From positions 1,178,001 through 1,242,000 of the forward strand of contig NW_027590139.1 of assembly GCF_964213995.1 (NCBI RefSeq): 64,000 bases of DNA, in the 5' to 3' direction. The DNA comes from Mustelus asterias. Lineage: Eukaryota. This document shows, piece after piece, positions 1 through 12,779 of the stretch. The notes under the pieces are model-generated. The model was not told where the DNA came from. It saw only the letters and a program-made list of their open reading frames with translations, and did not search any database. The number at the start of each line of letters is the position of its first letter. Position 1 is the first letter of the stretch. The position numbers and the translations under genes are program-made.

Positions 1-7
1 CCCCACT

Positions 8-265
8 GTAAGAGTTTTAACAACACCAGGTTAAAGTCCAACAGGTTTATTTGGTCGCCAATGCCATTAGCTTTCAGAGCGCTGCTCCTTCGTCAGATGG
101 AGTGGAAATCTGCTCTCAAACAGGGCACAGAGACACAAAATCAAGTTACAGAATACTGATTAGAATGCGAATCTCTACAGCCAACCAGGTCTTAAAGATA
201 CAGACAATGTGAGTGGAGGGAGTATTAAGCACAGGTTAAAGAGATGTGTATTGTCTCCAGACAGG
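8..265 (-). mobile_element. Penelope-like element terminal (pLTR) fragment with hammerhead motif
   Basis: Same sequence as the 3' end of the GIY-YIG-encoding copies at 25413-26430 and 55085-55800; minus strand ccatCTGACGA..GAAAgctaatgg at 64-100. Confidence 0.85.
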
Positions 266-1239
266 CATACTTCTCCCCACTGGCATAACTCAATAAACTG
301 TTTGTCAATTGAATCAGGCTTGAGTGTTGAATGATTCTTCTGAGTTCATTCCCAAAACACACTGGGTACGTTACCACTGGAGACCAGGTATTGCCAAAAC
401 CTTCAGACAATACAAAGACTCATGAAAGCCAGTGCCCCAGTTTAAAGACATATCTTCTATTTGACCAACGATTGAAGGGAGAAATTATTGGACGGTGTTA
501 ATCCTGCTCGAGAAGAGAAGCATCCTGATCTAATAACTCTGACAATCATTAGGATAGATCAATAATACATTCTTCATATCAATTCTCCTGCCTTTCATCA
601 GGTGTAAACCAATCATTTTCAATACAAATCAATCCTTAATTACACGTCATATACTTTAACCAATTGCATTTTACCCTCTGACATAATGGGATTTCATTGG
701 TCCGTAGAATCCGGACACTTCCTCCCCCTATTGCTGACTCTGCTTCCCCTTGTTGCTGAGCAACCTCAGAAGCTTAGCTACAAAGGTCAAAGTTAATGTT
801 CCAATCGGCTCTTATTCCGTCACTGGCCAAACCAGACAAATGCACGTTTTCACGTCTGAGAAGACACTGTCTTGTCTGGCCAGTGTGAATCAATCATATT
901 CATGAAGCTGCCTTTAGAAACTTTGTTAAAAACTTCCTTGAAAAGGTTGGCGCATTCTGTGGCTTCATTGTTCCGAAGAATGTAGCCTGTCTGTAAGTAT
1001 CCCTGTACCATCATGCCTTGCAGCAGCCTGCCTTTGGCTAAAGTTTCCAATTGCTTTTAAAAATACAGCTAACATACATTTTAAAATCAGAAAATTCATG
1101 TCTAAATCAGAATTACTTGTTTAAATCTCTTACTGTGTTCACATGTGTAGACTGTTCCCTTGTTAGCTTCTCAGTCTGATTTAGTCATTGAACTCAATGC
1201 TGGTGGTTCTGTTAGTGTCTGAGATGCCTCATGGTTTAA

Positions 1240-1850
1240 AATTTCTCCAACCTATTAGAAATTTTCTCCAACAGCTTGCCATTGTGGAGCTCGGAGTACA
1301 GCACTTGTTTCAGGAGTCTTGTGTGGGGCTTGTGGACAATGTGCCCCGCCCATCGCAGCTGGTCAAGTGTGACCAGTGCCTCGATACTGGGGATATTGGC
1401 CTGGGAGAGGACAGTCACGGTGGTAAGCCTATCCTGCCAGTGGATTTGCAGGATTTTGTGGAGGCAACATTGGTGACATCTCTCCAGGGATTTGAGGTGT
1501 GTGCTGCGCATTGTCCATGTTTCTGATGGATACAGGAGGGCAGGGACCACGGCTGCTCTGTAGACCATGAGCTTGGTGCTGGATTTGAGGTCTCGGGCTT
1601 TGAACTCTGTTCCTCAGGCGTCCGAAGCCTGCACTGGCGCATTGGAGTCGATGCTGGATTTCATCGTCGATGCCTGCCCGTGCCGACAGGATGCTCCCGA
1701 GGTGTGGGGAATGATCCACGTTACCCAGGGGCTCACTGTGGATCTTGATGGTCGGGAGGGGGAGCAGGAGTGGGCTGGTCGAGAACCTTTGTTTCCCGGA
1801 TGTTTAATCTGAGTCCCATTCTCTCATATGTCTCAGTGAATATGTCGACG
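1240..1850 (-). mobile_element. RTE-clade LINE fragment (C-terminal RT region), degraded
   Basis: ORF 1236-1568 VYRAAVVPALLYPSETWT...QLRWAGHI and adjacent HLGSILS..IDDEIQHRLQCAS match RTE/BovB-type ORF motifs. Confidence 0.8.
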
Positions 1851-1984
1851 AGTTTGTAGATAAGTTTAAGGTTTTTGATTAGTGTCACAAGTGGTCTTAC
1901 ATTAACGCTGCAATGAAGTTACTGTAAAAATGCCCTTGATCAACCTCTGAGTGTGCGCACAGACTCACTCAGGTCGTGAACGAA

Positions 1985-2365
1985 GATCAGTCCATCGTTC
2001 AAACCAGCCTCCCATCCATTGACACTGTCGACACTTCCCACTGCCTTGGAAAAGCAGCCAGCATAATTAAGGACCCCACACACCCCGGACATTCTCTCTT
2101 CCGCTTTCTTCTATCGGGGAAAAAGAAACAAAAGTCTGAGGACACGAACCAACCGAGTCAAGAACAGCTTCTTCCCTGCTGCCATCAAACTTTTGAATGG
2201 ACCTACCTCGCATTAAGTTGATGTTTCTCTGCACCCCAGCTATGACTGTAACATTCTGCACTCTCTCATTTCCTTCCTTATGTACGTTATGGTTTTTCTG
2301 TATCGCGTGCAAGAAATAATCCTCTTCACTGTGTACTAATACGTGTCAATAATAAATCAAATCAA
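1985..2365 (+). mobile_element. Rex1/Babar-like LINE 3' end
   Basis: KAASIIKDPTHPGHSLF..LSG C-terminal motif, followed by aataaatcaaatcaa tail. Confidence 0.7.
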
Positions 2366-2379
2366 GTACGCATTTTCTT

Positions 2380-2707
2380 CATTCATTTATGGGACATTTA
2401 TTGCCATCCTAGTTGCCCTTGGAGGGCATTCGAGAGACAACCACATTGCTGTGGCTCTGGAGTCATATGTAGGCCAGGCCAGGTAAGGGCAGCAGATTTC
2501 CTTCCCGAAAGGGCACTGGTGAACCAGATGGGTTTTTCCGACAATCGACAATGGTTTCATGATGATCAGTAGGTTCTTAATTTTATTTAATTGAATTCAA
2601 ATTCCACCATCTGCCGTGGCGGGATTCGAACCCGGACCCCCAGAACATTAGCTGAATTTCTGGATTAATAGTCTAGCAATAATACCCACTCGGCCATCAC
2701 CTCCCCC
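2380..2707 (-). mobile_element. tRNA-derived SINE (SacSINE1-like)
   Basis: Minus-strand head ggggaggtgatggccgagtgg...gggttcgaatccc (A/B boxes); related copies at ~7780-8130, 17095-17390, 17780-18100, 19960-20050, 53915-54065. Family name is from recall. Confidence 0.65.
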
Positions 2708-2709
2708 CA

Positions 2710-2930
2710 ACCCCCCTTAGAGTCTGCGTACTGCAGCCCGATGACTGAGGCTGGGCTGGTCTTGGTTCTGGCCTGGAGGGGTCAGACATTGAAAGTTTCC
2801 CACTGGTCCAGTAGGCCAGCTGGACTCCAGTGGGGAGCTTCACGGTGCTGGGGTGGAGTGTTGCTGCAGGGAAGGTGGGGATGAACGTTGGTGCAATGAC
2901 GCAGCCCTGCTTGACCCCAGTTTGCACTCA
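2710..2930 (-). mobile_element. RTE-clade RT fragment
   Basis: QTGVKQGCVIAPT, RT motif B region. Confidence 0.7.
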
Positions 2931-2934
2931 TTCT

Positions 2935-3456
2935 GATTGCCTCACCATAGGAAGGATGTGATTGCACTGGAGGGGGTGCAGAGGAGGTTCACCAGGATGT
3001 TGCCTGGGATGGAGCAGCTGAGCTATAAGGAGAGACTCGATAGGCTTGGATTGTCTTCTTTCGAGCAGAGAAGGCTGAGGGGGGACATGATTGAGGTGTA
3101 TAAGATTGTGAGGGGTATGGACAGAGTGGACAGGAAGCAGCCGACAGGAAGCTTAGTTGACGGGTCAATAACGAGGGGGCATCATTTTAAGGTGAGGGGC
3201 AGGAGGTTTTGGGGGATTTGAAGAAAAATGTTTTCACCCAGAGGGTGGTGGGAGTCTGGAATTCACTGTCTGGGAGGGTAGTGGGGGCGGGAAACCTCAC
3301 AACCTTTAAAAAGCACATGGATGAGCACTTGAATGTTTTGACAGTTCAAACACCATCAGCCAAGTGCTGGAAAATGGATTAGTGTAAATTTAGTATAGTT
3401 TTGTCAGTGCAGACTCGATGGGCTGAAAGGCCTCTTCTGTACGGTATGACTCTGAC
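2935..3456 (+). mobile_element. CR1 LINE 3' fragment
   Basis: PHHRKDVIALEGVQRRFTRMLPGM..RRLRGDMIEVYKI; 3' tail tatgactct abuts the ZNF gene. Confidence 0.9.
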
Positions 3457-4211
3457 TTGTGAACTCGCTGGTGTTTCTGCAGTCGGGATGAATGTGTGAA
3501 TCCCTTCCCACACACGGTGCAGGGGAATGGCCTCTCCCCAGTGTGAACTCGCTGGTGTGTCCGCAGGGCAGATGACGATCTGAATCTCTTTGTGCAGTGA
3601 GAGCAGCTGAAAGGTCTCTCCTCAGTGTGAATGCGCTGGTGGGACATCATTAGCTGAGAGCTTTTGAAATCCCTCCCACAGTCAGAGCATTTAAAGGGTC
3701 TCTCTTGGGTGTGAGTGACATTGTGCCTCAGCAAGTAGGGCAACTGACTGAAGCCTTTCCCACACACAGAGCAAGTGAATGACCTCTCCCCAGTGTGAAC
3801 TAACTGGTGTCTCCGCAGGCCTGATGCCACACTGAATCCTTTCCCACACACACAGCAAGTGAATGGCCTCTCCCCAGTGTGAACTCGCTGATGGCTCTGC
3901 AAATCAATTAACTGAGTGAATCCCTTCCCACACACAGAGCAGATGAAAGGTCTCTCCCCAGTGTGAAATCGATGGTGTCTCTGCAGACTGGATAACCGAG
4001 TGAATCCTTTCCCACACTCAGAGCAAGTAAATGGCCTCTCCCCAGTGTGAACTCGCTGGTGTCTCTGTAAATCAATTATCTGAGTGTATCCCTTCCCACA
4101 CACAGAGCAGGTGAATGGTCTCTCCCCAGAGTGACTGCGTCGATGAATTTCCAGCTGAGATGGGAAACTGAATCCTTTCCCACAGTCCCCACATTTCCAC
4201 GGTTTCTCCAT
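3390..4211 (-). CDS. C2H2 zinc-finger protein, 9 fingers; last ~20 aa read into antisense CR1
   Basis: 9 CxxC-x12-HxxxH units with TGERP-type linkers; ATG in accATGG context. Confidence 0.85.
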   Translation of the reverse strand: MEKPWKCGDCGKGFSFPSQLEIHRRSHSGERPFTCSVCGKGYTQIIDLQRHQRVHTGERPFTCSECGKGFTRLSSLQRHHRFHTGERPFICSVCGKGFTQLIDLQSHQRVHTGERPFTCCVCGKGFSVASGLRRHQLVHTGERSFTCSVCGKGFSQLPYLLRHNVTHTQERPFKCSDCGRDFKSSQLMMSHQRIHTEERPFSCSHCTKRFRSSSALRTHQRVHTGERPFPCTVCGKGFTHSSRLQKHQRVHKSESYRTEEAFQPIESALTKLY

Positions 4212-5039
4212 GGTTCAGGTGTCCTTGTGACTCTCCAGGTTAAACAATTAGTTAAACTCAAACAGAACACGGGTACAGTCTCTCCCCGCTGTGAATGCTG
4301 CGATGTATTTTCAGGCTGTGTAACTGATTAAAGCTCTTTCCACACTCAGTGCACTGGAGCACTCTTACTCGGGTGTGTGTGTGTATTTCGGTGCTTTTCC
4401 AGTCACACTGAAATTTGAAATCTCCTGAAGCAGACAGAACAGAGAAACATTTCCATTCTGGATTCAAATGTCGATAATATTCAGGTCCCGACGAATTGAG
4501 GCCTCTGTCAGATGTTGATGTGACATTTGGTTTGAGATTTCTGTCTGTAAATCCTCACCTTCTGATATCCTGTAAAAGGAATTTACATAAGTCATCACAG
4601 TCAGTACAGGATAGAAATTCAGAACAGACAGTTCTAGTTTCTATGGAACATTCTTTCCTCTCTCATTCCCCAAAAGATGCAAATCTCCATCCCACACACT
4701 CTCCCTCCATTCTCACTCTGCTGTATCTAATATTCACCCTGCCAATTCTCCTGAAGGTGCTGATTGACAGATCCATGCTCACTGCTTCCTGTCCTGGATA
4801 CAGAGAGCTGGAAATCTCCATGCAGCCGCCAGACAGATGTCTACAATACTGGATAAAAGTGTAATATACAGGACATTATTTGAATCGTGATAGAGCAGGC
4901 ATTTGAGGAAGATTTATACTTGGGTAGGGAGAGCACACGATCTGGAACTCGCTGCCTATAAGGATGGTGAAACAGAAGATGAATGGGAAAGAAATCTCAT
5001 GATATAGTGGGATCTGGAAAGCAGAATTTATTTCCCTTT

Positions 5040-5140
5040 CCAAAAGAGAAAATGCTGGAAAATCTCAGCAGGCCTGGCAGCATCTGTGAGGAGAGAAAAG
5101 AGCTGACGTTGAGGCCAGATGACCGTTTGTCAAAGCTATT
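5040..5140 (-). mobile_element. Second Penelope-like terminal repeat family, fragment
   Basis: aaaatgctggaaaatctcagcagg..gagctgacgtt..gatgacc; related copies at 23988-24172, 31003-31110, 54080-54150, 58190-58360; degenerate hammerhead core. Confidence 0.55.
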
Positions 5141-5279
5141 TCCCTTTCTTTCCTTCTCTGCCACCGCTCTGCCTCGTCAATAAGACATTGGGACTCAGGG
5201 GGTTGATGCAGTTTGATGGACAAGTTGTCTCCATTCTGAACACTGGGGAACAAGCCCCTCCCACTCATTGACAATATTA

Positions 5280-5705
5280 CCCCGTAAAACGATGCCGGCC
5301 TGCGCATGCGCCTTGTTGCATATTGCCCCCAATAAAGATGGCGGCCATGAACACGGCCCGACCATGAGGAGCTGCGGTACCGCTCGGTACAAACTGGGTC
5401 CGTGAAGCTCTTTACCGAGGTTCGTGGCTGACACAAGCTGCTTACGCAGCGTTTCCGTCCACCCGCGAGATCCCTCGCCCCCTCCGTACCGTCAATCACC
5501 GCTAATCTATCTCCGAGCCGAAAAAACAGCCCGTCTCCGTCGCCATTACCCACAATGCGCATGCTCCAGTCAGAGCGGGCTCCGCCCCTCATTCACTGTG
5601 ATTGGTTGGAGGTCCGAGCGGGAAAGGCTGGTCCTCCAGCCCCTTCTCTTCCCATTGGTCCGGGCTACCGTCAATCAGCCGGGCATTGTGACGGTGGCTT
5701 GCTGT
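5280..5705. promoter_or_regulatory. CpG-rich ZNF promoter module
   Basis: TGCGCATGCG (NRF1-like) ~5301, AAGATGGCGGCC (YY1) 5335-5346, TACCCACAATGC (ZNF143/Staf-like) ~5547, GC box and ATTGG boxes; lies upstream of ZNF 3390-4211. Confidence 0.7.
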
Positions 5706-5729
5706 TTGTCCAATAATAAGTGACAGAGT

Positions 5730-5990
5730 CTCAGTGTAACAATGACCCACACAGGCTCCAATACAATCAATCAGAGTGGGGATGGAGCACAGAGACAACA
5801 CAGCAAAGCACTGACTTACTCTGAGTGTAACAATGACACACACAGACTCCAATACAATCAGAGTGGGGATGGAGCACAGAGACAACACAGCAAAGCACTG
5901 ACTTACTCTGAGTGTAACAATGACACACACAGGCTCCAATACAATCAGAGTGGGGATGGAGCACAGAGACAACACAGCAAAGCACTGACT
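5730..5990. repeat. 87-bp tandem repeat, about 3 copies
   Basis: ctgagtgtaacaatgac...gcactgactta repeats at 5821 and 5908. Confidence 0.95.
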
Positions 5991-6051
5991 TCAAAACAGA
6001 AAATGCTGCAAAACCTCAGCAAGTCTGACAGCAACTGTGGAGAGAGATTCC

Positions 6052-6545
6052 ATGATGTGGAGATGCCGGTGTTCGACTGGGGTAAGCCCAGTAAGAGGTC
6101 TCACAACACCAGGTTAAAGTCCAACAGGTTTATTTGGTAGCACAAGCCACACAAGCTTTCGGAGCGCTGCCCCTTCGTCAGATGAGTGGGAGTTCTGTTC
6201 ACAAACAGGGCATATAAAGACACAAACTCAATTTACAGAATAATGGTTGGAATGCAAGTCTTTACAGGTAATCAAGTCTTAATGGTACAGACAATGTAAG
6301 TGGAGGGAGCATTAAGCACAGGTTAAAGAGATGTGTATTGTCTCCAGCCAGGACAGTAAGGGAGATTTTGCAAGTCCAGGCAAGTTGTGGGGGTTACAGA
6401 TAGTGTGACATGAACCCAAGATCCCAGTTGAGGCCGTCCTCATGTGTGCGGAACTTGGCTATCAGTCTCTGCTCAGCGACTCTGCGTTGTTGTGTCGTGA
6501 AGGCCGCCTTGGAGAATGCTTACCCGAAGATCAGAGGCCGAATGC
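6052..6545 (-). mobile_element. Penelope 3' fragment with hammerhead
   Basis: Homologous to 25413-25900; includes end of GIY-YIG coding region and intact hammerhead core at ~6150-6184. Confidence 0.85.
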
Positions 6546-8189
6546 CTGTTTTACACAGCACATGGTCATTCTGAATGGAGAATCTCTGAGTTGTACAATT
6601 CACCTCATTCAGGAGCCAGATTGTCTGCTCAGAAAGAGGAAGGTTTCTATGACACCAATGAAAAGCAACACACACTCACAGACACCCTCACACACAGAGT
6701 CTCACACCCTGCAAATTATCTCCTGTCACTTTTAGTCGTTTTGAAATAAATCCTGAATGAACTATAAAATCATTCATAAGTACTTGTTGAGATTCCCCTG
6801 AAAGACATCTATACTGTTCATTTCACTCCCTGTAGTTGTGATTTCCCTATTCTCGCCACTCTTTGTGTAGAGAAATTTATCCTGGATTTTCGATTGGATT
6901 TCTTAGTGACTGTTTTATATTGATTGTCTCCAGTTTCCCAGTAACTTCACTGCAGTGTTAATCTAAGCCTACTTGTGATTAATAAATAAACTTTACTTTT
7001 TGCTCTTCCCCACAAGAGGAAACACTATTTCTGTATCGAAGCATTTTATAAATTTGAAGACCTCTGCTCAGGTTACCCCTCAGCCTTCATTTCTAAAGAA
7101 AGAAGAACTAGCCTGTCAATCCTTTCCTGATAAAAAAACACACATTTTGAAATTCATTTCTGGGATGTGGGCATTGCGAGCTTGGCCAGCATTTATGGCT
7201 AATCCCTGATTGCCCTTGAGAAGGTGGTGGTGAGCTACCGTCTACATTAAAATCTCATAATTAAAATCTTCTCTGCACCCTCTCCAGTGCCTGGATATTT
7301 TTTTAATAATACGATGACTAGAATGGTATGCAGTGGTCAGTAAGATTCTTGATCAGAGAGTCACAGATTTTCCAAAAGTGGTTTGAGTTTATCCATGGTT
7401 TTAAATTAGATTCTTAGGAAGCAACAATTTAAAAATGATGTATAATAAACAAGGGAAAAAAAACAAGACCCATGGCAGGTGAGTAACCGAGGCCCCAGCA
7501 CTGATCCTGCGTTACCCAAATAGTCACTGCCTGCCAGTTGGAAAAAGACCCGTTTAATCCTACTCTTTGTTTCTTGTCTGCCAATCAGTTTTCTACCCAT
7601 CTCAGTACAACAGCCCCAATCCCATGTGCTTTACTTTTTGTGAAGAAGTTGCCGAGTTGGCGGACGAGGGGAATCGGGTTCACGTTATCGATCTCAGGGT
7701 ATAATCATCAACAACTTGTATTTACACAGAGTGTTGTGGGGCTGGAGGAGGTTACTGAGATACCGAGGAACTTTGTTTTATTCATTTTTACGGAATGTAG
7801 ACGTCACTGGCTGGGCCAGCATTTCTTGCCCATCTCTAACTGCCCTCCATTTCAGAGGGCATTTGAGAGTCAACCACATTGCTGTGGGTCTGGAGTCACA
7901 TGTAGGTCTGACCAAGTAAGGACGGCAGGTTTCCTTTTCTAAAGGACGTTACTGAATCAAATGGGTTTTTACGACAATTGATTAAAGGTTGAGGTTTGTC
8001 ATTAGACTTTTAATTGAAGATTTTAATTGAATACAACTTTCACCATTGCCTGTGGTGGAATTTGAACCTGGGTCCCCAGAGCCTTACCCTGAGTCCAGTG
8101 ATAATTCCACTGTGCCGCTGCCTCCCCTATTCATCCAATTGTTATTGTTTATCTCAGGGCGCAGAAACAACAGAATCCAACTTTGCCGG

Positions 8190-9395
8190 TCACACATGAA
8201 GTCGTCTATGTTTCAGCAGGCTGTAATACTGATTAAATCCCTTCCCACACATGGAGCAGTTGAAAGGTTTTGCCCCAGTGTGAACTCGCTGGTGTCTCTG
8301 CAGGCGGGATGGATCAGTGAATCCCTTCCCACACAGGGAGCAGGTGAACGGTTCTGTCGCAGTGTGAGCCCGCGGGTGTTTCAGCATATAGGATGAATCA
8401 GTGAATCCCTTCCCACACACAGAGCAGGTGAACGGCTTCTCCCCGGTGTGAATGCGTTGGTGTCTCAGCAGGCCAGATGACTGAGCGAATCCCTTTCCAC
8501 ACACAGAGCACAGGAACGGCCTCTCCCCGGTGTGAATGCGTTTGTGTTTCAGCAGATCATCACTTCTTTTAAAGGTCTTATTGCATTCTGAGCATTGAAA
8601 AGGTCTCTTATCAGAGTGAATGTGTTGGTGTTGATTGCAGGAGGAAAACTGAGCAAATCTTTTGCCACAAATGGAGCAGGAGAACGGCTTCTCCCCTGTG
8701 TGAATGCGGCGGTGTCTCCGGAGGCTGGATGACTCCGTGAAAGCCTTCCCACACACGGAGCAGCTGAATGCCTTCTCCCCGGTGTGAATAGGCCGGTGAC
8801 TTAGCAGATGCTGCAAACAAGTAAATGCTTTCCCACAAACAGGGCAAACGTATGGTCTCTCCCCAGTGTGAGTGCCCTGGTGTCTCAGCAGACTAATCCT
8901 TCTTTTGAAGGTCTTCTCACATTTAAAGCATTTAAAATGTCTCTTCTGAAAATGAATCTGTTGGTGAACGGTGCAGTGGGAGGACTGAGTGAATCTCTTC
9001 CCACACTGGGAGCAGCTGAATGGCCTGTCCTTGGTGTGAACTTGTTGGTGCTCAGTGAGATGCACTGAGTCGCTGAATGACTCTCCACAGTGAGAGCAGC
9101 TGAACGGTCTCTCGTGTGTGTGAAGGAGCTGGTGCTCTGCAAGGCGGGAGGACTGGCTGAACCTCTTCCCGCAGTGGGAGCAGCTGAACGGTCTCTCGTC
9201 AGTGCGAAGGAGCTGGTGTTGGGCCTGTTCCTCAGAGGTTTCAATGCTTTGCCCAGAGTCAGAGCTTTGAAGAGGCTTCTGAATAATGTGATCGAGTTGG
9301 TGAGCCAGCAGGTTGGACGAACACATGAATTTCTTCCCACACACGGAGCAGGTGAATGAACTCTCACTATTGCGAGCTCGCTGTCGTGTCAGCAT
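8190..9395 (-). CDS. C2H2 zinc-finger protein, 13 intact fingers plus degenerate units
   Basis: ORF track 8190-9461 begins at TTG just after an in-frame TGA; first ATG at 9395; splice acceptor ttttgcag at ~9579; start uncertain. Confidence 0.8.
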   Translation of the reverse strand: MLTRQRARNSESSFTCSVCGKKFMCSSNLLAHQLDHIIQKPLQSSDSGQSIETSEEQAQHQLLRTDERPFSCSHCGKRFSQSSRLAEHQLLHTHERPFSCSHCGESFSDSVHLTEHQQVHTKDRPFSCSQCGKRFTQSSHCTVHQQIHFQKRHFKCFKCEKTFKRRISLLRHQGTHTGERPYVCPVCGKAFTCLQHLLSHRPIHTGEKAFSCSVCGKAFTESSSLRRHRRIHTGEKPFSCSICGKRFAQFSSCNQHQHIHSDKRPFQCSECNKTFKRSDDLLKHKRIHTGERPFLCSVCGKGFAQSSGLLRHQRIHTGEKPFTCSVCGKGFTDSSYMLKHPRAHTATEPFTCSLCGKGFTDPSRLQRHQRVHTGAKPFNCSMCGKGFNQYYSLLKHRRLHV

Positions 9396-9606
9396 GTTTT
9401 CCAGCTGTATCAATCCCTCCCCACAGGAGGAGCAAGGAAACAGATTCTCACCAGTTTCCAACTGAGATGGTCAATTAAATCCCTTCAGATGTACAAATCT
9501 TCAAATCCCAATGAATTGATTGACTCTGTCTGACGTGAGATTTGTTTGTCCAGACTGCAAATCCTCCTCTTCTATTTCCTGCAAAATAAGTTTACAAAGA
9601 ATTACG

Positions 9607-10040
9607 TGGCTGGCACGGTGGCACAGTGGTTAGTCCTCCTGCCTCACAGCACCAGGGACCTGGGTTCAATTCTGGCCGTGGTTACCTGTCTGTGTAGAGT
9701 TTACACAGTAAGGAGTTTAACAACACCAGGTTAAAGTCCAACAGGTTTATTTGGTAGCAAACGCCACTTGCTTTCGGAGTGCTGCTGTGTGGAGTTTGCA
9801 TATTCTCCACTTGTTTGCGTGGGTTTCCTCCAGGTGCTCCGGTTTTCTCCCACAGTCCAAAGATATTCAGGTTAGGTGGACTGGCCATGCTAAATTATCC
9901 ATTTTCCCCCCAGGGTGTGTAGGTTAGGGAGATTAGTGGGGTAAATAAGTTGGGTTATGTTGTTGGGGCCTTGGTGGGATGCTCTGTCAGAGAGTTGACT
10001 TGATGGGCCAAATAGCCTCCTTCCGAGCTGTGGAATTCTA
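9607..10040 (+). mobile_element. HE1/V-SINE-like tRNA SINE interrupted by a Penelope fragment (9708-9785)
   Basis: ggcacggtggcacagtggttag..gggttcaatt head and V-domain gggtttcctcc..ctcccacagtccaaaga; ~18-bp imperfect duplication flanks the Penelope piece. Confidence 0.85.
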
Positions 10041-11009
10041 TGAATATATCTATCCTGAACTGACAGTGATGACTTTTGTAAATTCCCTTTGCAGGATATT
10101 GGAAAGGAGGATTTACAGCAAGAAAACACAAACCAAACATTACGTTGAGATCTGACAGTCACTCGGATCATTCAGAGCTGATTGTTATTGTCTTTGAACA
10201 GGGAAGGAGAATTGTTTGTTCTGTCTGTGACAATACACAAACAGGCCATTCGGTTTATCGAGTCTGTACTGGAGTTTATCCTCCACATGAGTCTCCTCTC
10301 ATTCTGATCACCACATCTCAGCTTTTCACTTGATTTTTCCAATCCCTTTTCTCTCATAGGCTCATATATTTTCCTTTTGAAAGCATCTAAAGTATTTGAG
10401 TCAACCACTTCCAGTCGCAGTGAGTTCCAAATTCTAACAACTGTCTGAAGAAAGAAACATCTCCTATTTTCCTGTTTGATTTATTTGTTGTCTGTTCATG
10501 GTTCCCAGTAATGGAAGAACCAACAAGTGGAAACATTCCATTCACATCTACCTACTTGTCCCATTCAGAAAGCCCATATCAGAAGAGACAACATTTTCTC
10601 TTGGTTTGAGCTTGTTGTGTGTAAATCCTCCCTTTCTAACCCCCTGTCACAAAAAAGTGTTCAAAATCCATCACGATAGAAAATACAGGTACAAGTAATT
10701 CAGAAAGCTATCATTTGTTATGAGGGGAATGGAGTAAAAGCTGGGAAGTTATGTTTCAGTTGCACACGGTGAGTCTGTATCTGGAGCAATGTCTACATTA
10801 TCGATTTCCTTATTTAAGGAAAAATATAAGTGCATTAGATGAAGTTCATAGAAGGTTTAGTCGACTAACACCTGGAATAGGTGGATTGTCTGATGAGGAG
10901 CAGTGAGACAGTCTCTGCTCGAGTTTAGCTTCTGCTCGAGTTTAAAAGAGTAAGAGGCAACTTAATTTAAACCTTTCACATCCTGAAAAGTCTTGGATGT
11001 GGAGAGGAG

Positions 11010-12440
11010 TTATAGAGGTTTATAGCATGGAAACAGGCCCTTCAGCCCAACTTGTCCATGCCGCCCCTTTTTTTAACCCCGAAGCTAGTCCCAATTGCCC
11101 GCATTTGGCCCATATCCCTCTATACCCATCATACCCATGTAACTGTCTAAACGCTTTTCAAAAGACAAAATTGTACCTGCCTCTCCTACTACCTCTGGCA
11201 GTTTGTTCAAGACACTCACCACCCTCTGTATGAAAATATTGCCCCTCTCGACTCTTTTTATCTCTCCCCTTAAACCTATGACCTCTAGTTTTAGACTCCC
11301 CTACCTCTGGTAAAAGATATTGACTATCTAGCTGATCTATGTCCCTCATTATTTTATAGACCGCTATAAGTTCACCCCTCAGCCTCCTGCGCTCCAGAAA
11401 AAAAAGTCCCAGTCTATCCAGTCTCGCCTTATAACCATCAAGTCCTGTTCGCATCCTAGTAAATCTTTTCTGCACTCTTTCTCATTTAATAACATCCTTT
11501 CTATAATAGGGTGACCAGAACTGCACACAGTATTCCAAGTATGGCCTTACCAATGTCTTGTACAACTTCAACAAGACGTCCCAACTCCTGGATTCAATGT
11601 TCTGACCAATGAAACCAAGCATGCCGAATGCCTTCTTCACCACTCTGTCCACCTGTGACTCCACTTTCAAGGAGCTATGAATCTGTTACCCTAGATCTCT
11701 TTGTTCTATAACTCCCCCCAATGCCCTACTATTAACTGAGTAAGTCCTGCCCTGGTTTGATCTACCAAAATGCATCACTTCGCATTTATCTAAATTAAAC
11801 TCCATCTGGCATTCGTCAGCCCAATTGATCAAGATTCCGTTGCAATCAGAGATAATCTTCTTCACTGTCCACTATACCACAATCCTGGTGTCTGCAAACT
11901 TACTAACCATGCCTCCTAAATTCTCATCCACATCATTAATATAAATGATAAATAACAGTGGACGCAGCACCAATCCCTGAGGCACACCGCTGGTCACAGG
12001 CCTCCAGTTTGAAAAACAATCCTCTACAACCATCCTCTGTCTTCTGTCATGAAGGGGCAGTGTTCTGAAAGCTTGTGGCTTGTGCTACCAAATAAACCTG
12101 TTGGACTTTAACCTGGTGTTGTGAGACTTGTTCTGTCATCAAGCCAATTTTGTACCTATTTGGCTACCTCACCCTGGATCCCGAGAGATTTAACCTTATG
12201 CAACAACTTACCATGTGGTATCTTGTCAAAGGCCTTGCTAAAGGTCATGTAGAGAACATCAACTGCACTGCCCTCATCTACCTTCTTGGTTACTCCTTCA
12301 AAAAACTCAATCAAATTTGAGAGATATGATTTTCCACTCCAAAGCCATACTGTCTCTAAATGTCACTCACATGACTATCTCTAATCAGTCCTTGTGTCTC
12401 TAAATGCCTGTAGATCCTGTCTCTCAAAATACCTTCTAAA
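11010..12440 (-). mobile_element. CR1 LINE ORF2 3' portion, degraded, with Penelope insert 12050-12130
   Basis: KAFGMLGFI..LYKTLVRPYLEYCVQFWSP; QKRFTRM..; insert flanked by ttctgtcat duplication. Confidence 0.9.
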
Positions 12441-12779
12441 AACTTGTTAGAACTGTTGTTTACTCTTATGGGAGAATCTTGCGGTCACTATTTAAAAAAC
12501 AGTGCTGCCCATAGAGACAGAGATGAGATGTTTTTCTCTCAGTGGGTCATGAATCTTTGGATCTGCGTTCCTCAAAAGTGGAAGTAGAGCCTGATTTCAA
12601 TTAGATATATCTCTTGGGGCTAAAGGGATATTATGGGGTGGGGGGTGGGATTAGGGTATTGAATTTGAGGATCAGCCATGACTATAATGAATGGCAGGGA
12701 ATGCTCAAAGAGCTGAATGGTCTACTTCCGCTTCTATGTAAACATGAGGAGCCTGGGGCTGAAGTGTAACGAAAAGGCT

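Noticed and set aside
266-1235. Possible viral polymerase remnant (QGMMVQGYLQ)
   Set aside because: Short non-ATG ORF with no further RdRp motifs; cannot be supported without a search.
9607-9680. tRNA genes
   Set aside because: All tRNA-like A/B-box sequences continue into SINE bodies.
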